Source: Phoronis australis
Lineage: Eukaryota; Animalia; Phoronida
Length of the DNA: 64,000 bases
NCBI GenBank assembly: GCA_002633005.1
Contig: NMRA01000005.1
Span: 65,413 to 129,412, forward strand
Reading direction: 5' to 3'
The notes under the pieces are model-generated. The model was not told where the DNA came from. It made no database searches and saw nothing but the letters and a program-made list of their open reading frames with translations. A program made the position numbers and the translations under genes. Below are positions 38,472-50,923 of the stretch, piece after piece. The number at the start of each line of letters is the position of its first letter. Within the stretch, counting starts at the first letter, position 1.

Positions 38472-38616
38472 CGTCCGATATTTAGGTCCGTCCGATATTT
38501 AGGTCCGTCCGATATTTAGGTCCGTCCGATATTTAGGTCCGTCCGATATTTAGGTCCGTCCGATATTTAGGTCCGTCCGATATTTAGGTCCGTCCGATAT
38601 TTAGGTCCGTCCGATA
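38472..38616. repeat. 17-bp minisatellite, about 8.5 perfect copies
   Basis: Unit CGTCCGATATTTAGGTC repeated head to tail with no spacers. Confidence 0.95.
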
Positions 38617-41600
38617 ATGAGGTAATTCGAAATTTTGGATACATACTAATGGAAAAAATGTTGTAACGCTCAAGAGTTCGCGTAATCCCTGCTTCGATTT
38701 TGCGTAGGCTGGTGTTTTCGCCGGGCTGGACTGGTGTAGCGTGGCGTGTCATTGCATAACGTAGTGTCAGGTAAACATGCACAAAATCACATATTTTCTG
38801 CGTACAGTAGTCCAGCAAAGGCACAGCGTAGGACACTGTAACAATAGTATATAGCGTACTATTCGTCGGTACTCCGCGTTTCGTGACTTTATGTAGGCCC
38901 GGTGTGAAACACTCGAACGGGCCCAGAACACCTAAACTTCTGTGAGTGCAACGAAGCACAGATTAGAAATTGTAAACACTATCATTAATATGGTGATTAG
39001 TGGTAAAAATAACGTAATCAGACGGTGTCCAATTAACATTTTATTAAAAATTCCTTTACTGGCAAATTAAATGTGACTCGATGGTCACAATTTTTCGCTG
39101 AAGACACTGTTTGGTTGTCTAAAATATTAACATCTGAACGGGAAGCAGATCGCCCAGTCTTCTGAGTAGATTGCCGGTGTTCTGTTTTAGTTTGATTTAG
39201 TTTGTCTGTTTTCATCTTGGTGAAGTTGCACGTTGTTGTGTTCAAAACATGCTACGTCGAACAAACATAAAGGCCTATCAAAACTCTAAACTTGAACGTT
39301 TCCTCTTGTGTAGTTCAGGTGTGATCAATTGGTAAAACTACAAAGCATCTATGTTGTTTTATGACAAATATGGTAAAATATTGCATATCGTAAAGCATAT
39401 AAAAGGCCGACAGGGGTTATTAATTTCAAATGTGCCGATGTTTATAAAATATTTGACGTTTAATTACTTAATGGACAGAACAAAATTGGCCTTTGCTAAT
39501 CGTCCGCTCCGAGGTCGTGTCACGTTGTTACAGGGTCTCAAATGCATGATTTCTAATTCTGTTAATAAAACGGTATGAGCTTATGTGCTCGAATTTTGTC
39601 ATTTCGTCGCTATCTAGCATGCAAGCAAAATGGCAAACCCTGCTTCTACTGGAGATCCACGTTTATCAGTTTTAACCACCCCGTAGAGGAACTCGGCCAA
39701 GTTCCATAAATCTATGGGTCTTTGTTATTTTAAAAATGGTTAGTATTTTTATCAGTTTATCTTTTCATCGTAATCTATTTTGCCCGGTGTTCGCCACGAG
39801 CTATGGTGCGGAGTAAAACAAGATGATTGAGAGTAATGTCATTTATTATGACGCAGGTGGAAGAACTAAATAAGACTCTGCAAGATGGGCATGGGAAAAA
39901 CTCCACCAGCGTGTACAATGAATTGTCCTTAATGATGGAACCAAAACAAAAACCAGAAGAACTGCCTGAAGGGCCTAAGGAAAATGTACAGAGTATAAAC
40001 AAAAACTTCAAAAATGCCTAACATTTAATGTACACTGAGAAAAAGAAAAAGAAAAAAAAATTGAACAGACACCAACGATGATTTGGGATTAATGCAGAAT
40101 ACAAACGTAGATCTTGTAGACTACGAGGTAGATGGCTCAAGAACAAAGAAAATATAAGTGACCAATCAGGCAGGTGTCGAGTAGAGAAATGTATGAATAC
40201 AATGGTAGACCCTTGGTGCTATAAACAGAAATGAGTAATGCAAAATAAACCCAAAGGGTTGATATAAAAATAAAGTGACAAATGTCAAAATAATGACGAT
40301 AAATGCATTTAACAAGTTATATTTAATTTCATGAGCTCTTCTCATAAGCCGGGTACAAGTGTACGGATGTCCAAATAGATTTTTTTCAGATTTTAGGCAA
40401 GTCACTTTTTGTGTGTTTTCTGCCAATAAGACTTGACTATAAACACTGCAACCCTAAATAGCAACGACGTTTTTTCCTTTTTTGATCGCGTCCGTGGGAG
40501 ACCCCGAACCCCCTTAAATATGCATGTGAATTCAAACATTGTCTTCGTCGAACTGTTTTTTCTGAGTAAATTTTAAGTTTAAACTTTACAGACAACGTCA
40601 TAATGGTATTACAAACCGAATTTCATGGTTTTCGTTTAGTAGTACTACCTTTGTGTAAGTGTTTTGGATGAATCGTGACTTTACTAGCTCCAGCAGGTGG
40701 GTATATGGGATACCCATAGTGTACACTAATGTAGAGACCAGTCTGCATTGCTTCCAATTTACCTGCAAGGAAGCCTAACTAAAGGAATTTAAGATTCTGA
40801 ATCGTGAAGCTACAGTTGTGACTGATATTGGTTGTTTGCTGTATATTGTTTCTGTGGTTTTGCCCGCAACAAAGCTCAGCCTTTCACCATTTTATCGTAA
40901 CATGAACGGAATGATATACGTAAAACGCATTTTTTTCGAACTTATACGGTCAGGCGAACAAATCCGCGACATGACAAGTTAATTGCTAGTAACCGGAATT
41001 TTTTTGACGTATATATTGATATGGGCGCAAATCATGACTAAAAACACGAGTCTCCAAATGCATGCTCGGTGGGCGAATGAAGTCGATTACACGACCTCGC
41101 TTAAAGTCGATTAGTTTTCATTTCGATTGGTTAAATAATTTCTAGTATGACAACTTGTCAGTCAAGTATTCTTTAATAAACAAATCTGCGATGAAATGTT
41201 CTACATAAATCACGTGTCATGTCCGCGATAAACAATTTCACTCTCAATCAGTTCCGGTTGTGGCTCCGCTACCGCTCAACCTCGCCCCTAGTTCGACACC
41301 AGCTCCACTTCCCCTTCATCGACGCCTGTTTTACCTTCACCGCCCGTAGACGTCGAGACCCCACCAAGGCAACAGATTTACGGCCGCCCTTTTAGTCCCT
41401 TACCAGGCAAGGTAAAGTTAATGGGGAAGGAGGGGGGGGGGCATAAACTAATTCGACATAGCCAAACCTTTTCCCTCATGGTCTGTAAGTCAGATTAGTT
41501 CTTATTACTAGCACTTACATGTAAGTCTTCCTCTGTATTCAACAATGTCCACAATGTCGAAGCCCCTCTCCACAGACCTGCAGACTGAACTCAGTGAAGA

Positions 41601-42734
41601 CATCCGTGCTCCAACAAATTTTCGCCAATTAGGGTCACTTCTTAGACTTGGGCATGTTACACAGTTACGCGGCTAGCGTATGATTTTGACCTTTAATGGC
41701 ATCTTTTACGAATTTCACTTTATTAGGGTGCCTAAAAATACAAAATGATTTTAAGGGGTATAAAAGTAACGTAAGAACCGAATATCACGGGCTGCGAAAT
41801 ATGAAAAGAGACAGCATCACCTCATGGAACATCGTGTCCGAAACTTCGGTTTCGCCGTTTCCGAAGGTGAAAGTGAGGCATGAAGTCATAAAATCAAGAT
41901 TCATTTAAGCGGAATCTAATTTGGAGAAAGTTGACTTTGTTCGGTAGTGCATTGATGGGTACAACTTGAGAGGGCGCGCTTCCGGGTCCTTGGTACATTA
42001 CCTAAGGAGTGTTTCAAAACCCTTTATTGAAAATAGGTACCCGAGTTTCAAGTGACTGTCTCCGGGGTCGGGCAAATGTCGTTGAACACCCTGCTAAAGT
42101 TCACCGAAACACCACTGTCTTAGACTATTATTTCCGATTGACAAAATCACTTAATGCACTTTTTTGTAAGGGGTAGGATAAGAACTTACCAAATCTCAGC
42201 ATTCGTGTTAAATTATAGCAATTCCCAAAATGTTTGTACATCAGAAATTTTTGTAGAAACATAATCGTGTAAATCAGAACCCTTATAAGATACCAGAAGG
42301 GAAGAAGCTTGATAAGTTAACTGCCAGCTGTTAAGTTGTAAGAGTTTTTTCAATTCTCAATTCTCAATGTGGGATTTATGGCAATTCTCTGAGGATGAGT
42401 GCAGATATATTTCCTTCACTGGCAACCGGGAGAGCTCGAGAGACTGGCATACCACGTGGGGTTTAGGAGTACTTCAACAAGATCTTTTCATAATCTATTT
42501 ATGTTAACGTGAACACTTGTTCATTCCAGTGGTAGGTTGTCAAAGGTTAAGTTAAACCTGCATTCGGTTATCATATTTCAGATAATATTTTTCAATATAA
42601 TGTCGTTGTAAAGCATTTTGTGTTATCAATCGCATGGCATTGCGAAACTTAATCAATCAACGGCATTTATGTTCTGTATTAAATCATACTTAATTCAGCT
42701 ATGTCATTAGCTTTTCGCGTGAGTCTTTTGCACA

Positions 42735-43052
42735 AATTAACGCGTACTTTTAGTTCTTAATAGCGATCATTTATCTGCTCTTATTCAATGCGTACTTTTT
42801 CTCAATCAGCGCATAATTTTACCTAATGAACGCGCTGAACTGGTTAATCGTTATGCGAAGTCAAAGAATGACAATTTCACATTCAGTACGTAACGGCGCC
42901 GTCTTTTAAGTGATCATTTGATAACAATCTGCATCATTCTTCAAAACTTGCCTTGCTCTCATATTGAAAGTCTTTTCCCATTTTGCAAAAGTGCGCATTG
43001 AATAAAAGCAGAACGATGATCTTTTAAGAACTAAAAGTACGCGTTGATTAAG
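42735..43052. mobile_element. MITE-like inverted repeat
   Basis: CGCGTACTTTTAGTTCTTAA...CTTATTCAATGCG is mirrored by CGCATTGAATAAAAGCAG...TTAAGAACTAAAAGTACGCG. Confidence 0.6.
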
Positions 43053-43254
43053 CAAAACTACGCGTTGATTAAGCAAATTTCAACACGCAGAAAGGTACTT
43101 GTTTAAAAACCTTTTGATGCTTCATAGACACGTAAAACCTGCAAGCGTAGTGTAAAACATGTACGCGCTCATTCGTGAACATGTAAAACCCGCACGCGTT
43201 TATCTGTAAACGTGTAAAACCCGCACGCGTTACCTACTGTCAGACCTGGAATTC

Positions 43255-44255
43255 CATACACTTTAACGCTTGCACTAATACAATTAACCTGGATTTCATT
43301 GAGTTCGGCAATACGAGATATTTGTATTGTGAGGAATTATTGCATTTTCTTAAAGAAATAAAATGAGAGTACAGAATGGCAGAACAGGCAAAGGGGATAT
43401 TGGAGGAGTAACTTGTGTTACATACAACGCGGTGCAGCGTCCTTGACTATGTACTTGTAAGCAGATCTTTTCTGTATAACGCGACGGATTTTAAATCATG
43501 TGGCAGTTGGGAAAGTAGAGCTCTCATTTTCCAATGTAATAGAGTTTACTCAAAAGACATCGCGAAGATTGAGTTTCCGCAGGCATTCTAATATTATTTA
43601 CTATTAGAATGGAGGTTTTGTGTAGGGGTAGTTTAGATGTGATTGACAAGGCAACGAAACTTTATGAGGAATTAATTAAAGATGTTGATTCAACGGTGGA
43701 CAAATTAATTCACGTAATTAAACATTTTGCAAGCAGTATGGAGAAAAGCGTGACAAGCCTTTGTAGTGGAAATTAAGTTATAATCCAGAAGGATTGATTT
43801 CCAATGTAGAGGACTTCGGAGATATTGTTAAAAGACAAACTGAAAAATTATAGAAACAATACTAGTGTGCAGTTTGTGGTCATGTTTAGAGTTGAGAGCG
43901 TCCACTCTAGAAATGAATGCAACAGTTTTAAGTGGCAAAAGAAAACTGAATTTTGCAGACAGCAATTTCGCACAGGGAAAAAAGACAATAATAATATTTT
44001 GCCTCATGTTTGAAGTGAATGAAAAAGTTATGTATGTCGCCAGGCAGTAAACCAGGCAAATGGTGAACTATTTTGAAACACTCTATGCTGGAATTGAGTC
44101 TGAAATCGAAGTGTTTCACATGTTTATTGACAGTTGTAAATAATTTTCACTCCGAAAATGTCAAAAGTATTGTCGAGGAGCTTGATAGAGAAATAAAACT
44201 AGACGAGATATGCAAATGTATTTAAGTATGAAAAACGGTAAATCGCCTGAGGTCT
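43255..44255 (+). pseudogene. Decayed LINE ORF2 fragment (AP endonuclease to start of RT)
   Basis: Across frames: HFNACT..DFI (GDFNART-like), NGRTGKGDIGGVTC, CSVLDYVLVS, YFETLY, ELDREIKLDEI..MKNGKSP. Confidence 0.65.
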
Positions 44256-46019
44256 TTTCATGAAAAGTGACTCAAGACTTAAGATAGAAATTAGGTTTAA
44301 CGACATAATAAAATTTCTCAGTCCGGCAATTTGAATAACGCCACTTGACTGCACGCTCAAATAGGACACTGATTTTACCCCCCACCAAATACGTCACGAG
44401 AAGCAGCGCTCCAAGTGGTTGATTTTTTAGCTTTATTGGAGAATTAGCAAGAAGTGTACGAAGAATTGTACTTCACTCCTTGATATGAGTTTACCTCTTG
44501 CTTTTAAATTATTTGCGAAATCAATCAACAACACATAGAAAACTATGCAAAATTTATTCAAAATAAAATAAAGTTCCCTTTTAACGTTGAGTACTAACAC
44601 GTATTCAGTCACATTTGGCTATCCCAACAAGCTCAAACAAGGGTTACAGTTATGACCATTTGTGTTTATTAATACATTGAAAATAAGACTTGCCTGCTGG
44701 ACCGGACTGTTTGTCTGTTCCCAGTACCTCGTGCAGAATGGTGAATGTTGGCCAATAGCGGAGTTGCAACTGAATCGATTTAACGATTGCGCATGTCCGG
44801 AAATTAGGGTGCGCAAAGGCTACTGGGATTGTTGATGGTAAACGGGATGGCCGACTGGTTTGCACGACGTGTAATTTGTGTGCATTAAACTACGCTGCTG
44901 TATGTAATTCTGCCGCTATTCGCCCTAATTAGCGCCCATGGCTCAACAAGTGCCCCAACGCGTTTTCAGACTTTGCTAAAGTAAGCGCCCAGCCCATGAA
45001 CTACATGCGAAAAATGCCCTTACCTACAGTTCTAACGTCTCCAATTTATCAATTGAAAGATCCGACAGCCTGAATTTGTAACGGACCACGAGCCTCACCG
45101 TNATTTTTTCAAATTTCTGGCTTGTTTATTAGCAAGAGGTAAGATGTATAGATAATTCAACAAAACACAAGTAAGATAATGCACTAATACTCTCTTGTCA
45201 CATGTCAGAAGTATACCAATCTTGTAATTCGCTAACGTGTCCTTATCTTGAACTTTCGGTTTCAGAGCTGAACCGTCCATGCCGTAACTTCAATAGTCCT
45301 TTTGCGAGTTTATAACAATAACGCGAGATTACGTGAGACTTAATTGTGACGTCACGGGAAGTGGGGCAAAAGCTTGTCGTTTGGACCATTACCCTCTGAC
45401 ACAGCGCCACCTATACTGCAAAGTGGCCCTGTGGAAACATGATGAACGACACACGGAATTCCGTGTGTGGGCATCAATGCGCATGCCTTGGTTTTACTTC
45501 CGATGTAAACAAAATGGTTCACTGTGTGCGTGAAAAGGTACCGGGTATATTGCTTAGTGTTCTGTTGCACTGGAATAATAATCATTTTGATGGAGTGCAT
45601 TTGGACTCATCCTGAATCTAATTTACTGATTTTAGACGTTTTATGTTCACGTTAGTTGTATAAAGTTCGAAATTGTGAACTTTCTAAGTCGTCATAGTTG
45701 GGTCTGGGACCGGCGCCAAGCCGGCTCATTTTAGTAAGCCGAAGTCCAAGCGCGAGAGTGTTGGGTAGCCCTATGTTTAAAAACAATACCGTGGTAAGCG
45801 CCTGTGGTGCCAAGCTGATTAGCCTTGCCTTTTTATTGTCTTCTGTCTTTACAGCCTTCACTACAACGTCGTCAGAGTATTTTTAGGTTTTTGATTTGAT
45901 CAATTGTTACTTTGTCTAATATCAGGTCAGATAGTGTTTGTGTGAGCCAGAGGCTGAAGACTGGGCTTGTGCTTGATAAGTTGTTAAGATACAGTTCAAA
46001 CTTTTCAGGTGATCAAGGC

Positions 46020-46870
46020 ATGTCAAGTAGGCTAATACACCTATGAAGACTCAGAGTCGATCTTGCTGTGTCTGACACTGTCCACTCACCAAGGGACATT
46101 TTTCTATTATTGAAACATTTAGCATTGTATGGTGGTGTCAATATTTTTGAGGGGATTATCTGCATAAATTGTGAGACTCTTACAGACGATTCACACCAAA
46201 GTGACTCATTTCAAATCAAAAATTAAACAAACTCAGAAGTTGTGCAGACCCAAACGTTGTGAGATGGAGAGCCCAACTGTACCCTCGGCCATATCTGAAG
46301 TTAGAGGTGGCCAGCACAGAGAAACCCGTCGCAAACTTATTGAGCTCCAGCCAGCATCGGCTGTTCAAGAAGTACAGAAACGCGCACCAGCTGATGAGAA
46401 TATTTGCAGTGATTTAGCACTGAACACTTCTTGAAATCTACAAGTGCATCTTCGTCTGAAAAGAAGGTTGTTGAAAGAGCTTCTAGTATTTTGAAGGATG
46501 AAGAACTGAAATATGCCATTACAGAACAACGTATGAAGGAAAATGATGCTATAGCCAAATCCATAACTGGCTCAAAGCATGATGTATTTATCATTTACAA
46601 GTAAAGAACAAAACTCTTATGACATGTTATTCCAGTTTGGCTGGACCATCATTGTCAATGAGATGAAACTTAAATTTCCGGTGTTGTTCTCACTTATTGT
46701 AAGGGTCATGTTAACTCCTGACAATAGGTCAAGCGGAAAGAAGGTAGATAGCATAATACCAAGAATTTCTGTTATAATGCCCTGTGCATGCAATCTAGAA
46801 GTCAGCCTCTTTGTCTGGTACAGCGAGTGATATCGAATGTCCTGTTAAGTAGCTTAGTGGAGGTTAAGGT
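46020..46870 (+). pseudogene. Decayed DNA-transposase N-terminal region, Academ/AcademH-like
   Basis: Fragments ICINC, RPKRCEMESPT, FGWTIIVNEMKLKFPVLFSLI...IPRISV, QRVISNVLLSSLVEVK followed by a GTATGT donor; several stops and frameshifts. Family assignment is from recalled motifs only. Confidence 0.45.
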
Positions 46871-48886
46871 ATGTCACGTTCATCTTGGCTTAAAACAACT
46901 TTAAATTATTTTAAAGTCAGTGTAAATTGTGGCATTTTAGTACAATTTACAATACATGCCCATAGTCAGAATAAGAAAATGTAGAAAAATTCAAACAAAA
47001 AATACTAATTGATGCAAATCTGAATAGTTTTCTTCAACAACTTGTATTTCAGATAAACATTGCGTCTCTTTTGATAAAGTCTCTCTGTGGTCTATGTTTC
47101 TAGTAAACAGTGAACCAATGCATGAGCAGGTAATACATGAATACAATGCTACCTTGAAGGAGAGACATCTAAAGTTATTTTTTGTTTTATTTTTTTAAAT
47201 TGTCACTGCTACTTAAGGTGTAACCAGCCAAAATTCTACTACAGTCAAACCTTGTTAGAATGAACCTGTTTTTAACGTTTGCTCACTCATAACATTCTTT
47301 TCCTAAGACAACTATACCACTTGGAAATTACTTTGGTTAAATTTAACGTCAGATACAACGGGTTTTTCAAAAGTCTTGAGAGGTTTTGTTATAACATAAT
47401 TTTTACTGTGTGTAAGTGCTTCACGGTATATTGTTGACCTTTCTCTATGTGTAAGGGAATGTACAAGCCAGGTGGTAAGAGTGTGCCTTCTACAGCTTAG
47501 TTTTCTGTTTCCAGTGTCAAGAGGGATGCTAATAACCCTCCTGGCATATCCTGTAATGACTGTGGCCCTTCGAACTTTAGTAATTTATAGATGCTTCTTC
47601 TGGCTTTCTACTTTGAGAGATGCTTAATGTTCTCTAGCGTCACTGGTATGTGACTGCGCAAGCATTCTGGGGACTAATTATTGGTGAATGTGCATGCTCA
47701 AAAACTTTGAAAACCTATAAGAAATGAAAAAATATTCAATGCATGGTAAAAATTCTCCAGTTTGGGACAATGAACTTTTAAATTATTTTTGCTCAGTGTC
47801 AAGAGGTTGTACCGTACAAAATTTTGAAAGTAGGCAATAAAGGGTATACCATGATGTTGTTGAACAGCTGATTCTACTTTCATTCTATGTTGACACAAAA
47901 TGCATTGCGAAATTTAGTATAAATATGATGGACAACACCAAAATAAATCATTGTCTCTAACCATGAAAATTCAACTTTGGCTGGTCGTATTTTAGTGGCT
48001 GCCCCAAACTGGAGAATATATATATATATAGACTAAAAGTGGGTGGACCCTCAAGAAGAGGTCTCATTGCCGCACTCTCACTGCTTGTGATCATTTTTTA
48101 GTGCCCGTGCCTGCACACATACACACTGGGATTGGAAATCAGCTTTTCCTATAACACTGTTGTCTACAGCATGCACTTTTGTTTGTTTAAATATCGAAAT
48201 AACTTTTGTGGAAACTGGTGGTATATATTGTAGTGTACTTAAGTATGCCTGTTTTGATCATACTGCATTCGAATAAAATTCCGGTTCCATGATGAGATGC
48301 TGAACAAATAATTGCAGTTGACATGCTTAAAAAATGACATCTAGCTCTGAGGAATATGGACATTTTTGGAAATTGCCATTTTGTCATGATTATTGCCTGT
48401 TATAATTAAATCTGCAGCTGTTGTTTACAGAGGGTACATTATGTAGTCATAAAGAAACTGTTATTAATTAAAAAATGAAACTGTTATTATTTAATCCTGA
48501 TTGAAGTGTACAGATTTTCCAGGTATTTGACCGTCTTTCAGCTATTGGTATAATTCTTAATGTATCACTATGCTAATTTGGTGCCAGGCATTTAATAATA
48601 ATAAAAATAAAGTGTTTCTGTTAAGAATTGTTTCTGCTCAGGCAAGTTGAATTTTAAAATTTTGCAGATCTGATGCTCTATGTTTCTTATCCTTGTCATC
48701 CCTGATTTTGTGGATTTTGTTAAATGGCTTTCATATTCGGTATTGAAAAATTTGATGATCAATTGTTGGCCGTGTTGGAGTTCATGAGGCTTGATTTTAG
48801 CAAGTGTGATTGTTATCACCTAGCTCCTGCTTGGCCCCTTGCCAAACCAGATCAAGGCTATGTTGGCCATTGTGATCGACTAATAG

Positions 48887-49166
48887 CAGGGGCGGATCCA
48901 GGATTTTGAGTTAAGGGGGGGGGCCAGGGGATAACCAGAATTTCGGCAGATGCGCAAGCCCAGCCTAAAATGTGGGGATGCAGGGGTCTCGAATTTTGGG
49001 TTTGAGAACCTGTTGACTAAAAAAAGAAAGGGGTATGCATTGCCTAATCACCCCCGAGCCCCCCTGGTTTCACGCATGTGCAATTCGCATCAGAACTCCA
49101 AAATGGTATCTGGTAGAATTTTAGAGGGGCCATGACCCCCTTGCCCCCCCCCTAAATCCTCCACTG
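48887..49166. mobile_element. GC-rich MITE with 5-bp target duplication (hAT5-like)
   Basis: CAGGGGCGGATCC...AAATCCTCCACTG flanked by AATAG on both sides. Confidence 0.7.
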
Positions 49167-50923
49167 AATAGAGCCAAGTTACGTGACCTCATGTAATTAT
49201 GAAAACAAAGTTAGTGTTCACCAGTTCACCTTCTTCACCAAAAGAAAGAATTAGAGCTTCCCGGCTATTTATCTCTGTTGGGCCAGAATGGCATTCAGCG
49301 GGCCGATTACTAGACACACAGACTTTACTGAGTTCTCAAATTGTCGCCGGGCTGCAAGCAAGTCCGTGTAGATAGGCAGTACTTCCATCATCCCGTCGGC
49401 AATATACCGACCACATGGCCACCACTGACACACACCTTTACACATCGGATTTGTTTCGGCTTAAGCCACTGTGTCGGGGTTTTCTTGGTCTTATTCACTT
49501 CCACCACTGTCCGTTTTAATAAAATGCAACTACTTAAATCCGTGGTCGCCACACTTCGTAATTTGTAAACTGAAAAGGGTTTCCCAACTTTCAACCAATG
49601 GGAATGGCGGAATGTTATGTTGTCAGTTTCATTACTTTAACCAATGGGAGGCCATATTAAACAACATTCTACAGTGCTAACTTTCTTGTTAAGGGAAGGC
49701 CTTAGGTCTTGAGTGGAAATAGCCTCCTGTAGTCTATTAAACCAGTTCTTTTCTCTGCATAAGATCTCAAAGTTTGCCAAACAGGAAGGATGAAAGTTTG
49801 AAGAACTTGAAGACCACTATGTGTGAATAACACAAGGCCAATATTTTCGATGGTTTGGTAACGATGGAATCATCTTTTCCCATCAAATTTAAAAAATATC
49901 ATTTCTTTTGAAGATCATTATTAGGAAAGTATTCGGTTGATGAGGGGGGGGGGGGGGGGTGGCTCGTAGTAGACTTGCATATCCCAGTGAAATTGGCGGA
50001 AGAATGATTTTTTGATAACCTTGTGGGGTGTACATGTTTAACGAATTATTAAATTTCTTTTAAAAAGTATGTGGACTACGATTCTCGGAATGCAAGTTTA
50101 ACTCTTAAATTGTAAAGTGATATGCCGGTAATGAACCAGAGTTCACGTTAACCCTAAGGAATTCTGATAAATTTCTTGAGGCGGCCTCCAAACCCCTGTG
50201 GGATGCTCCGCCTCCCCTGCGGCCCGGTTGCCCGTCAAGTACTGCCTTCGGGAATCGCCCACAAATTCCATTATATCAGCGTGTATCACGGATTTCAAAA
50301 GTCTTGCAACTTAACAACCACCACGCAATTCAAATGTGACGCCCTACGTCCTGTTCTGGTAATCTTTACGAGTTCATTGGCTTCGAGTTTACGTGCCTAT
50401 GTATTTACGAGAATGGATAGTTCCATATACTTTACTGAAAATAAGAAGTTAATCTTGTAAGAACTTTAAGACACTTATGACTGATACAGGGTGAACTTTT
50501 GAGTAAATTCAACTCCAGCTTCTAAATTGGGCTAATTCTAGAAATTGGACATGGAATGGAACATATTTAAAAAAACAATGATGTTCATAAGAGATATTAC
50601 TGCAAATAAAATTTCCATACGTTGCATTACACATAGTTTTTACGTTATAAATCAAACCTTTGTAAGGTATGAACCACTTAAAACTGGATGACTTCATTTT
50701 TCAGGAAAAAGGCAATTACAGAGAAGGCCACCTAAGCGACTCTTCAAATTAATCCTGTCAAGCAGACGATCCATTGAGTTAAGACCAGACTTGCCCAGTC
50801 CACCAGCCGATCGCCTGAGGCAGACGACAGTTTCATCCACGCGACAAGATCCTAAGAGAGACACCTGCTTACTCCAGTCAACACGAGTGAAGCGTTTGGT
50901 AACCAGCCTAGCGTGAACAAAGA

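Noticed and set aside
38472-38616. CRISPR-like regular repeat
   Set aside because: Units are contiguous with no unique spacers, there are no cas genes, and the context is eukaryotic.
39827-40021. Short hydrophilic ORF as a gene
   Set aside because: No recognisable motif, splice context or partner exons could be established.
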